A stretch of DNA of 61,975 nt from Octopus bimaculoides (Eukaryota). Shown piece by piece: positions 12,442 through 25,039 of the stretch (within the stretch, counting starts at the first letter, position 1; every line of letters begins with the position of its first letter). The notes beneath the pieces are model-generated. The model saw only the letters and a program-made list of their open reading frames with translations. It had not been told where the DNA came from and made no database searches. The position numbers were made by a program, and so were the translations under genes. The stretch covers positions 124,884,216-124,946,190 of the forward strand of contig NC_068981.1 of assembly GCF_001194135.2 (NCBI RefSeq), in the 5' to 3' direction.

Positions 12442-15223
12442 TTTACATCCGAAATAATCTGTTTCCTTAAGTATCCCAGTGTATCAGTATTCAAGTGCAC
12501 TACTGGTTAAATATTCAATTTTCATCACTGCATTTCCTATTTCATTCCCTGTTTTTGTTTCTCGATTACTTTCACATAGAGACACACACACACACACTTT
12601 CCCAGGATACTCTCATTTCTGTAACTGGAAGTATAACATGCAGACAATGACTATTATATATACAGCACCTACAGAAACTAGATTCATAGAAATTAAATTA
12701 GATCAGAAATAGAAATGAAAACTCTTAAGAAATTTAATCAATCTGTAAAATGATTTAGGAATTATTTTCACAAAGCAGCTGGCTTGTGTTGGTGAAAGAG
12801 TGAAGTACATTGTTGTTCATTAGAGAAAGAGAAACATCTACCATTTCAGTCAAATAAGGGAGATTCTATGTGGTCACAGCCTACTAGAAATAGTAACAAA
12901 ATCTTCCTCGAACTCATATCAAACCGTCATTTAAAAGAGAATGAAATCATGCATTGATTAACATAATAGAATATACTATTTGAAAAAGAAACTGGATTAT
13001 AACAACTGAAATGGTTCTGATCATAGATCTACTGGCCCATGGCTGACCTAGGACTAAACATCATCATCATCATCATCATCCAGTATATTTCAAACAAGGG
13101 TTTGAAATATACAGAGTTTGAAAGTAAATAAAAGGACACCCTGTTATCTGTAAAACATTTGGTGTTAGTAAGGCATCCAGCCATAAAGATCATGCCAGAA
13201 ATAAAGAACTGACTCAAATTGTGACAACCAATTCCAACTCATGTAAACATGTAAAGCAGACATCATGATGATGACGACATCGGTGCCTCATTTTATTTTA
13301 TTTTTACAATGATTCTCTTGATTTGACTTTGGCCCAAACATCAAATCATTTAGAAAACATCTGGGCAAAGACCAGAGTAATTACCTAGGTGCAGTTGAAA
13401 AGGTGTTGGGAACTGATTGAAAAAGAAAATAGGCTAAGCACACAGGAGGAAGACTGGAAGGAGGGCTGTGGGGAGGAGATAGCCAAAGCAAATGGAGGGT
13501 GAAAAGCAGTAGTAATGGCTAAGATAAGAGAGTTCAGAAATTGGACAGCTGATATCTATTAAAACAAACAACACTATCATCACCACCATCACTATTCTAT
13601 CTAGCCACCTCCTCACACTGTTATGAAAGAGTAATAGCTTCAACACTACTTAGTTCCCTTACAAATTAATACTCTGAAATTACTGGTTTACAGCTTCTTG
13701 GGCCAAGAAGCCTACTTGGCTATTATTCAATATCACAAAGTTCTCTCTCATTATTTTCTCACTGTAATTCAAGCAGAAATCATACCATAAGGTGGTTTTT
13801 ACGTGTGTGTGTGTGTGTGTGTGTGTGGAAGCGGGGAGGGCATATGAATAGCTGTGTACTTAAGAAGTGTGCACATAGTTTCAGGTTCAGTCTCACTGCA
13901 TGGCACTCTGGGCAAGTGTCTTCTATTAAAGTCCTAGGCCAACCAAAGATCTGTGAATGGATTTGGTTAATGAAGGCTGAGAGAAACCCACCGTGTGTGT
14001 GTGTGTGCATACCCTTGTTTTGGCATCATGTGATGGTTGTAAACAAGCATCATCATTATACAAGCGATGTCCTTTGTTTCCGATCTTACTTAAGAAACAT
14101 ATTAGGCCATGGGAAAATACTAACTTGCCCAGAAACAGGTGAGAACTGACAACAGGCAAGCCATAGAAAATCTGTCTCAAATTGTGTATGCCCCATGCAA
14201 ACATAGAAAAGTTAACATTGTGAAATGAGACATAAAATGGACCAGCTCAAACATGGATCAATGATCAAACTTGACATAATGCACCGATAAAACACAATGG
14301 GGATTGAAATAAAAGTTAAAATTTTGTATGAAAATTTGCAGAAAGTGGAAGGTGTAACTTGTGATACAAAGCCTTTTCTTGCCAGTGAAATGTCTTGCAT
14401 TGAAATTACTCTGTCAAATGTAAAGCTTATTTATTCATACTGCTTTGAATTAATCATGTATTGTCTCATAGCTTTGAAATTTCAATGATGTTACTGCCTA
14501 TTTTCAGAATGACATTGTAGAATAGGTGTGAGAGGCCAGATCTGGCCAGTTTGAACATAAAACTGGAGGCATGTATGGGCTGGATATGGCCAGTTTAAAT
14601 GCTAAAAGGTTAATGTGTTTAACATCCAAAACTATCAGTGAAGCTGTCAATACTGATAAAAAGGATGCTTACTAACTATCTTAAGGAGCTGAAGAAAATT
14701 ATTACCAAAAGCAGCTAAACACCTGAACAGGTGTATAATGTAGGAAGAGCTTTTATAAAAGTGCATTGCATGCTACTAAGGTTTGTATTTCTAGTGAAGA
14801 AAAATCAACACCAGGTTTCCAAAAACTATCTGATGTTTCTTGTTGGAAGAAATGTTGCGAATTATCTGAGATTAAATCCCTTACTTGTTTATCACTAAAA
14901 TCCAAGGATTATGCTATGTTTAAGCTAACTGTAATGTGGCTTTTGGATGATCATGAATCTTTTCCAAAACTGATTCACATAGTTTTATTTTTTGCCCTAC
15001 TGTAGAACAGGGATAGCTTTTTCAAAAACAAAAAAAAAACATATTGCTCATTTTAGAGAATGCACCAAATGACCCAATGTTACCTGTAAGTTTCATAACA
15101 AAGAAGCCACAAAAATGTCAGGTAAAAGACTTTTTTGTTTGTGATGTTTGTATATCCAAGTCTCATATTAATTGCATTTAATTTACAAACATCTTTCTTA
15201 TCTTTTTTTAACTGCGTCTGATC

Positions 15224-15224
<1 letters not shown>

Positions 15225-15273
<49 letters not shown>

Positions 15274-15287
15274 TACTACTACTACTA
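15225..15287. repeat. (TAT)n(TAC)n microsatellite
   Basis: Read directly. Confidence 0.95.
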
Positions 15288-18200
15288 ATTCTAACTAATT
15301 AACAACCACATATTCAAAACACTGTTTTCAGTACAAATGACTACTTACATTAAAACAACTATTTTCTGCAATACTGCCAATTTTCAGAGTCTGATATGAA
15401 AATACACTGTAAGCATTTGCTTAAGCAAGCACATTTTCTGGTATTTTCAGGGCTTTTCACTGAGAGAATTCTCAAGAAGATGTTAAAAATTAATGTTCAG
15501 TTTATACTGTCAATTTGTTATGCTAAAGATCAACTATTTCACTGGAACTGATTAACATAAATATGAATGTTAGCATTTTTTAAAAATGAGTTTTTTTTCC
15601 TCCTTCTAAATTCAATTCAGTTTCAAATAAAACACGATTTCTAGTGATCCCTGTGCTTCTCTCATATCATAATCCTAGAAACACTGGTCAATCTACTTTT
15701 ACAGTAATTCATGTATTTCCTGTTTCCTGACAATATGACAACAGCAAAATAGAGTAGAAAATTGTAAAAGCAATTTGTCAAGACATTTACCATCTTCTAT
15801 AGAGCAATCTATGAGAAAATATATGGAATCCTGCAAAAAAAAAACAAAAAGAAAAAAAAGCAGTGGACTGCTAACATCAAAGTGAACAATGCAGAAGACC
15901 TTTCTCATTAGGTGACAACCTTGGAATAATAAACTGGTTTACCTTAGTTACAACAACAGTGATGTGACTTGCCAGTCCATCACCACATCAATTCTCATTC
16001 AAATTAAAAGTACAAAAGAATTTCTTTTTTCCTTTCATTACATACAGATAGCATGGCTGAAAAATAAGGTAATATCCCACCAACTCATGGTTCAAGAGTT
16101 CATATCCAGCAGTATTCCTTTAGTATTCAGATTACTCAGTCAAATATAATGCTTATTTGTTCACATTGATTTAAATTAATCATGCATTGTTTTGTAGCTT
16201 TCATATTTCAATGATGAGATTGTTTATTTTTAGAATGACATTCTTAGGTAGGTGTGAGAGGCCAGATCTGGCCAGTTTAAACATAAAACAGGTACAAAAT
16301 TTGGGGCTGGATATGGCCAAAAGGGTTAGAGCTATGAGAAAAATATTCCAATCTGCTATTCTCCCATCACTTAGATGAGAGAAAGATCATTGGAGGATGA
16401 CACTATCACCAAGAGATGAGTACCCTCGCCAAAGGCAAATTTATTACTTATTTGCTTGATAAAAATACAAAATAAAGCTAAGTCTATGCCTTTCAGACAT
16501 ACATTTATGGTTTCTGTTTATATAAATAAGTCAAACTCAAAGCCATCTACCAATTCATGTCAGAGTTGAAAAGCGTAAATATTTAAGGCTTGTTACATAG
16601 CTTACATTGATCAAGTGGCTAAAGAGATGCAATACCAACTCAGGTAGTAAGTTCAACTTTTTCTTCTTGCAATGACTTAAACCAGGACACAATTCTAATT
16701 CCTTAGTCAGGTTAACTAATAAAACAGACACTACAATTATCCCAAATTATATGTGACCTTATATAGACAAAGCCAATCAATGCTTCTAAACTGAAAAGGA
16801 AAAGTATAAGATATAGAAATAAGGTTTTTATTTATAATCCTACCAAAAAATTTTACACATCTCAATAAAAAAAAAATATTTTTCAGGAAACTGAACAGAT
16901 CTTCCTTTTAAAACAAAAACAGTGGGGCTTATAGATTGACCCAGTTCTGTTACAGAAAAAAACTAATCTCAAGAAGCTTTCAGAAACTGGTACTTAAATG
17001 TTTTATGTTATTAGGTCAAATCATACAAAAATAGTTAAAAGAGAAATAAGAAACCTATCCTCAGAGATAGCCACACATTGATAGTAGAGTAAATGACTTT
17101 AATTAAGAACCAATGTAGTCCAAAAGGAAAAGAAAAAGTGAGGTAGAAATCAAACAAACCCAGAAAGAAATACACAACTAAACAACAGAACAATAGCACT
17201 GAATAAAGGTAATGATGGATTATGTGTCTAAGTTAAATACAAAACAATGAGGTGATTGAACTATCAGATTACTTGACTTATAAACTACAACAATATAACT
17301 TCTGTTTGGCCTGACAATCAATCATCAAATAGCATGCACAAGAGTACATGAAACCAATTGTTTGTTCACTGATATTGTTAACAGTTGTACTTAGGATAAA
17401 TGTTGAAATTGTTTGAAAAATTCTAAGATTTTCAAACACGCTGTCATCATTAAATATATTGAATTATGTGGTCTACATATCACTGGCAGAAAATTATGCA
17501 GCATTCTTTATTTGGTCTAATAATTCTCAAAGAAACATTAATAAAGTGTTACTGTAAAGTATATTTTGCACCATCCACTTAAGTAAACCACTGTATGGAA
17601 ACATCATGGTTTCTTTGGCCTAAATACAAGGATTCTTTTGTAAGAGCAATGTATGCAGCTTTCCACAATCAAGTGAAGTATCTTGGCATTGATTACTGGT
17701 GTTGTTCTTATTGACTCAGAAAGAATAATATGCAAAGTTTGAACCCAGATAATAAAACCCAAAATTAAGTTTCATAAATATCAAGTAGTTCCCACTTGAG
17801 CATTTTGATACCTAACTGTCCAAGGCCACCCATAGATCTATGATACAAACTTACTAGTTTGAAGTGAACTCAATTAAAAACTTCCATAAACATCTCATAC
17901 TAATTTATTTTCCAAACTCTAGTTTAATAATTTAGTAAAGTTATTTTACTAAATTCTTCATTATTACAAGGATTAATTAAAACAAAGTCTGTGCATTTTA
18001 AAAGGAATTCAGTAATGAAAGGGTTAATAAGATAGCAGGCTTTAGAACACTGAGAATTTGCAAAGTTTCAAAGAGAAATGGTATCTTTTATCTTTTACCT
18101 GTTAGAGTAATTTGACTATGGCCATGCTGGGACACAGCTTTGAAGGGATTTAGTCAAAGAAATTGATGGCAGGGCTTATTTTCTTTTTTAAGCCAAGTAC

Positions 18201-20594
18201 TTTTCTCAGACCACTTAGGTTACAAGGACATAAACTCACCAATACAGGTTCCAAAGCATTGGTGTACATGGAGGACACATAATCAGATACATACACACAC
18301 ACACACACAGATATATAAACATTCACCAATATGTGTGAATATATATATAGGAATATATGTGCATTATGGGTAATCTTCAAGTTTAGGAGGTAAAAAAGTA
18401 AATAAAAATATGCAAGGGAAATAACTTGACGTCTTACTAGTATTAACCATACTACTCTGAAATGTGTTTTTTTTTTTTAGCTGTTTATAAATAAATCACA
18501 CACGTGCTTTTTTTTTTTTTCTAAAACAGCATGCGACGGAATTTTTTCTTATAAAAGATTAAAATATTTTTTCCCTTTTCCAAAACGGAAAAGGAAAGTG
18601 AGGGTCAGCATGCAGTTCTAGAAATTCACCTACTCAACATTATAAACTTCAGAAATGGCAGCCAAAAAATAAACAAATGTTTTTTTTTTTCTTTGAGGGT
18701 TGAATTCCACTGGTACTATGATATTCAATCACGTGTGTGATTTATTTANNNNNNNNNNNNNNNNNNNNNNNNNNNNNNNNNNNNNNNNNNNNNNNNNNNN
18801 NNNNNNNNNNNNNNNNNNNNNNNNNNNNNNNNNNNNNNNNNNNNNNNNNNNNNNNNNNNNNNNNNNNNNNNNNNNNNNNNNNNNNNNNNNNNNNNNNNNN
18901 NNNNNNNNNNNNNNNNNNNNNNNNNNNNNNNNNNNNNNNNNNNNNNNNNNNNNNNNNNNNNNNNNNNNNNNNNNNNNNNNNNNNNNNNNNNNNNNNNNNN
19001 NNNNNNNNNNATATATATATATATATACATAGTAAAAAGTACCAACAAAAGAATGAGACCTCAATATAGCTAGCCACCTACACTTTTCTCTGCAAAATAG
19101 GGGTAGTTTATCCTGTTCAGGCTATATTATTAGCATTATTCTGCGATTGAGAATTTAAAATCACTTCTTTAACTTTCTAAATAGAGGATTATTTGTATAT
19201 GTTATAATTTAGAGCAAACACTAAAAGCTTGTCATTATAGCACTTGGAGTTTCGAATGTTGGAGCAAAGAGCTACAATACATTCTCATCAGCTATTAATG
19301 ATACCCACAACACTCTTGAATTGGTTGGTGCCAAATCAGGCTAGAACCTGGTGCAACTTCCCAGCTTATCAGTTCCAGTCATACCATCTAATCCGTGCCA
19401 GAATGAAAAGCAGATGCTAAGTGATGATGATGATTATATACATACACATGACTGGCTTCTTTTAATTTCCGTCTACAAAATCCACTCACAAGGCTTCGGT
19501 CAGCCTGAGGCTAGTGTAGAAGACACCTGATCAGGGCACCATGCAATGGGACTGAACCTAGAACCATGTGGTTGCAAAGCAAGCTTCTTACCACACAGCC
19601 ATGCTTGTGCCTGTTACATGCAGTGTATAGAATGTTGATGAACGCATAACCATGTTTATGTGTGCATGTCTAGATTCATGTATACACATTTCAGTGTATG
19701 AACAATTTCCCTGATTATCTATACTATCCAAAATTCACTCTGTTTGTGCTGTAAGATATCCACATTAGAGTAGAATTCTTTTCTGTTGTTGTATCCTAGG
19801 TAACAATGGATCATAATAAGTGGCAAGACAAAGGATCACTGCAGGCAACAAGAAGAACATAGGTGGGTGGTGAGACCTTGTGAAGTCCATCTAACTCATG
19901 GTAAAATGGGCATAAAATGATAATTGACCTATTAAGATTTAAGTGCTTCTCTAAGGACACAGCACAATGGTTGCAACTAATTAAGAACAATAAACTCTAT
20001 CCATCTCAGTCCATTTATATTGATTGATTAAGTAAAATGTGCAAAACAAAAATTACTATCACAGACAACTTAGTACATTTATGCACAAAACATCATCAAT
20101 GATGTTTTCAAAATATGAGCAACTGTCAACACAGTGATTCCGAGGAAGGAGCTTGAGCTGCTAATTCCAATAGACTGACAATTAATTATAGCAGCAATTG
20201 TACAAAAGTTGCCAGGTAATTTATGAACAAATCTTAGTGAGCAATATCTGGAAGACATCATCATTTTAACATCCAGTTTTCCATGCTCATATGAACTGTC
20301 AAAGAGATCATAGAGCAACATGAGATGAAGTGTTTCGCTCAAGAACACAACACACCACCCAGTCCAGGAATCAAAACCATGATCTTGCAACACCCTAGCC
20401 ACTAGGCCACACAAACACAGATATATATATATATATATATATAGACATTTAAGGTGCAGGCATGGCAGTGTGGTAAGAAGTTTGTTTCTCAATCACATAG
20501 TTCTGGGTTCAATTTCACAGCATGAGATCCTGGGCAAGTGTTTTCTACAATAGCCTTGGACTGAGGCCTTGTGGGTGAAAATGAAAGACGCCTG

Positions 20595-20638
<44 letters not shown>

Positions 20639-21159
20639 ATGCATGTACCAGTCTCCTTGCTTTGACATCACATGATAGCTGTAAACAAATGTCACCATTA
20701 TGCAAGTAGTGTTCGCCATTTCCAACCTTCCATGAAAACTTGCCTAGTCATGGGGAAATATTACCATGCTTAGAATCAAGTGAGGGTTGCTGACAGGAAG
20801 GGCATCCCAGTTAGAAATTCCACCTCAACAAAATTCCATCCAACCCATGCAAGCATGAAAAAGTGGATGAAAACACAACAACGATGATATTAGATGCACA
20901 AGCCAACAGATTACAAACATCTACCAGTAAACTAAGTTATTCAACCTCACTAACTTCAAGCATCAATTAATCAAAGACAAACTAATTATTCAATCAGAGC
21001 AGATGATTTCAAATATATTTACCATAGCAACACTGCCAGAAATACCTCAACAAAAGACATATAAACCAGTGAAAAAGACAATAGAAGTGATAAAGGGGTA
21101 GATATGACAATAAATGAAGAGAAAGTGGAGCAGTGGGGAGATAGAGAAGGAAATCAGAA

Positions 21160-21163
21160 ATTG

Positions 21164-21196
<33 letters not shown>

Positions 21197-21292
21197 CAAG
21201 AGAAAGAGAGAGAGAGAGCAAGAGAAAGAGAGAGAGAGAGCAAGAGAAAGAGAGAGAGAGCAAAAGAAAGAGAGAGAGCGCGAGAGAAAGAA

Positions 21293-21346
<54 letters not shown>

Positions 21347-21566
21347 NNNNNNNNNNNNNNNNNNNNNNNNNNNNNNNNNNNNNNNNNNNNNNNNNNNNNN
21401 NNNNNNNNNNNNNNNNNNNNNNNNNNNNNNNNNNNNNNNNNNNNNNNGAGAATGAAAGCGAGAGAGAAAATGAAAGCAAGAGAGAATGAGAGTGAGAGAG
21501 AGAATGAAAGCGAGAGAGAATGAGAGTGAGAGAGAGAATGAAAGCGAGAGAGAATGAGAGTGAGAT
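21160..21566. repeat. Compound (GA)-rich micro/minisatellite
   Basis: GAGAGA, GCAAGAGAAA and GAATGAAAGC units around a gap. Confidence 0.9.
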
Positions 21567-21623
21567 AGTCCAGCCCATGTCAGCAAGGAAGGTAGATGTT
21601 AAATGATTCTGATTATATATGTG

Positions 21624-22882
21624 TATCAGGTTGAGTAAAAAGTAAGCAACGTTCTGAACCATGATTTTTGCAGAGTCTTTAAATTTTTAAAAACATTTTT
21701 TTTAAATTGTCTGATAATATATATAGACTTGGCCAAATGCATCAATAAATTAACATTGACATTTTTTTTTGCCAGTGTTACTTACAATCATCTGAAATGG
21801 AACTGTCAAAGCACAATATTCAAGCAATTTTGCTATTCAACTTCAAAAACAGACATAAAGCAGCTGAAACTGCTCGCAATATCAATGAAACATTCGGTGA
21901 GGAAATGACCAGTGAGTGGTCAGCTCAAAAATGGTTTAAACGATTTCACAGTGGAGACTTGAGCCCTGAAGACTGTGAGCATAGTGGACTCCCATCTGTC
22001 ATCAATGACGGTCAATTAAAGACTGTCATTAAAAGATCCATGTAAAATTAATCGAGAACTGGCAAAAGAGCTTCAAGTTAGCCAGAAAACTACTTGCAAC
22101 CATTTGCATGAAATTGGAAAATCAAAAAAGCTCGACAAATGAGTACCACACAATTTGATAGAAAATCAGAAAATGCGCTGATATGAAATTTGCTTGTCAC
22201 TTCTTCATAATCAGACCGATCCATTTCTCGACCGTATTGTAACTTGCAATGAAAAGTAGATTCTGTACAATAATAAAAAACGTACTCCACAGTGGTTGGA
22301 CCAAAATGAAAGCAGCAAAAACCTTCCCTAAACCCGAGCTCTTCAAAACGAAGGTTATGGTGACTGCTGGACTCATCAACTCTAACATTTTAAAACCTGG
22401 AAAAACCATTATTGCAGAAGCATATTTTGCCATGAAATTGCCAAACTGAACGAAAAACTGCTATTCCTCCATCCCAGACTGGTCAACAGAAGAGGGCCAA
22501 TCATTCTTCATGATAATGCTCAATCACACGTTTCACTAATGACACTCCAGAAGTTGAGTGAACTTGGCTATGAGATTCTTCCCCACCCAGCTTATTCCCC
22601 AGACCTTTCTCCTACCGACTACCACTTTCTCAAGCACCTTGATGGTTTCCTGCAAGAGAAAGAGTTCAAAATTCAAACCGATGCTGAAAGTGCATTCAAA
22701 GAGTTCATCAGCTCCAACACTAGACTTTTATGCTATCAGAATAAACAAACTTGTAACTTGTTGGCAAAAATGTGTTGACTGTAATGGTACTTACTTTGGT
22801 GAATAAAATTTCCACATTGTTGAAATATATTGTGATGAATTTCGTGTTTCAAAACGTTGCTTACTTTTTACTCAGCCTGGTA
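21624..22882 (+). mobile_element. Near full-length mariner, inactive
   Basis: TIRs TATCAGGTTGAGTAAAAAGTAAGCAACGTT and AACGTTGCTTACTTTTTACTCAGCCTGGTA. Fragmented transposase 21797-22800: N-terminal HTH (KAAETARNINETFG, AQKWFKRF) and HPAYSPDLSPTDYHFLKHLD. Confidence 0.92.
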
Positions 22883-23225
22883 TATATGTATAAGTATATA
22901 TGTGTGAATATATGTATGTGCGAGTATGTGTATGTATGTACCATCATCATTTAACATCCATTGTCCATGCTGGCATGGGTTGGACATTTTGAGCAGGGCT
23001 GGTAAACTGGAAGGCTGCACCAGACTCCAGTCAAATTTGGCATGGTTTTCTATGGCTGGATGCCCTTCCTAATGCCAACTACTCAGAGTGTAATGAGTGC
23101 TTTTGTGTGCCACCAGCACAGGTGCCATTTATGTGACACCAGTATTGGCCATGACTGCGATTTCGCTTGGCTTAATGGGTCTTCTCAAGCAAAACATAAT
23201 GCCAAAGGTCTCAGTCATTGCATCT

Positions 23226-23497
23226 GAGTAGCCCAACACTCAAAAGGAGCTCAGCTACTTTGCCTCCGTGAGGCCCAAAGCTCGAAAGGAACTGAGCCAC
23301 TTTGCTTCCGTGAGGCCCAACACTAGAAAGGAACTCAACCACTTTATCTCCATGAGGCCCAACACTCGAAAGGAACTGAGCCACTTGGCCTCCGTGAGGC
23401 CCAACGTTCAAAAGGAATTCAGTTACTTTGACTCCATGAGGCCCAACGCTTGTAGGAACTCAGCCAGTTTGACTCCATGAGGCCCAACACTTGAAAA
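23226..23497. repeat. 42-bp minisatellite, about 6.5 copies
   Basis: Unit GTGAGGCCCAACACTCGAAAGGAACTGAGCCACTTTGCCTCC with divergent copies. Confidence 0.9.
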
Positions 23498-23511
23498 GTG
23501 TGTGTGTGTGA

Positions 23512-23547
<36 letters not shown>

Positions 23548-24208
23548 AGCATTTTGCAATGTTTCACCAAAAAGGAGAATTACAAATGTCACTAAATGTG
23601 ACTAGGGTGTTAGGAAAACACTTACATTGCTAGAAATAAGAGCTACATTGCTGTAGTTAATGCACATGAATGAAAACATATACACTAACAAGGGCCTTAA
23701 TNNNNNNNNNNNNNNNNNNNNNNNNNNNNNNNNNNNNNNNNNNNNNNNNNNNNNNNNNNNNNNNNNNNNNNNNNNNNNNNNNNNNNNNNNNNNNNNNNNN
23801 NNNNNNNNNNNNNNNNNNNNNNNNNNNNNNNNNNNNNNNNNNNNNNNNNNNNNNNNNNNNNNNNNNNNNNNNNNNNNNNNNNNNNNNNNNNNNNNNNNNN
23901 NNNNNNNNNNNNNNNNNNNNNNNNNNNNNNNNNNNNNNNNNNNNNNNNNNNNNNNNNNNNNNNNNNNNNNNNNNNNNNNNNNNNNNNNNNNNNNNNNNNN
24001 NNNNNNNNNNNNNNNNNNNNNNNNNNNNNNNNNNNNNNNNNNNNNNNNNNNNNNNNNNNNNNNNNNNNNNNNNNNNNNNNNNNNNNNNNNNNNNNNNNNN
24101 NNNNNNNNNNNNNNNNNNNNNNNNNNNNNNNNNNNNNNNNNNNNNNNNNNNNNNNNNNNNNNNNNNNNNNNNNNNNNNNNNNNNNNNNNNNNNNNNNNNN
24201 NNNNNNNN

Positions 24209-24246
<38 letters not shown>

Positions 24247-24384
24247 TGCAAACACAGATATAGGTCTTAATTTCCTATCTGAACTATACTCTTTAATTAA
24301 CACAAAGGCTATTTATAGGCGAATGTAGAGGAGTCAATATTATACAGTAGACTTGGGAAAGATATGGTCTAATCACACCAAAAC

Positions 24385-24742
24385 ATGTGTGGTTGTGTGG
24401 TAAGAAGCTTACTTGCCAACCACAAGGTTTCAGATTCAGTCCCCCTACATGGAACCGAGGGTGTCTTCTACTATAGCCTCAGACCGAATGAAGCCTTATG
24501 AGTGGATTTGGTAGACAGAAATTGAATATCTATGTGTGTGTGTGTCTTTGTCCCCTGCCATTGCTTGGCAACTAGTGCTGGTGTGTTTACATCCCTGTAA
24601 CTTAGTGGTTCAGCAAAAGAGACCGATAGAATAAGTACTAGGCTAAAAAATTGAAGTCCTGGGGTTGATTTGTTTGACTAAAACCTTCATGGCAGTGCCC
24701 CAGCATGGCCACAGTCAAATGACTGAAACAAGTAAAAGAGAA
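24385..24742 (+). mobile_element. SINE family C
   Basis: Homologous to 47681-48078. Confidence 0.8.
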
Positions 24743-24809
24743 AAAATATCAATGAATGCCCTGTGCCAGTTGTCCTATGACAGAATTTAAAGTAAGATCA
24801 CTATCAGAA

Positions 24810-25039
24810 TTAACCCTTTAGCATTTAAACCAGCCATATCCAGACCAAAATATTCTACATGTTTTATGTTCAAACTGGACAGATACAACCTTTCACACTT
24901 ACCCTACAATGTTATTCTAAAACTAAGCTATCACATCACTGAAATCTTGGAGCTGTGAGATAATGCATGATTAATTCAAAACAATAAATAAATAACATTA
25001 CATTTGATAGAGTAATCTAAATGAATGCTAAAGGGTTAA
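24810..25039. mobile_element. piggyBac-type MITE (family A)
   Basis: TTAACCCTTTAGCA ... TGCTAAAGGGTTAA. Further copies at about 34431-34654, and partial inverted copies at about 14480-14612 and 16190-16330. Confidence 0.8.

Noticed and set aside
16606-16618. 13-nt AG/GTAAG micro-exon, and similar pairs near 15056(+), 30710(-) and 38770(-)
   Set aside because: GTAAG/GTGAG motifs are expected dozens of times per strand here, and there is no coding or other support.
23226-23497. CRISPR-like appearance of the 42-bp array
   Set aside because: Units are contiguous with no unique spacers, in a eukaryotic context with no cas genes.
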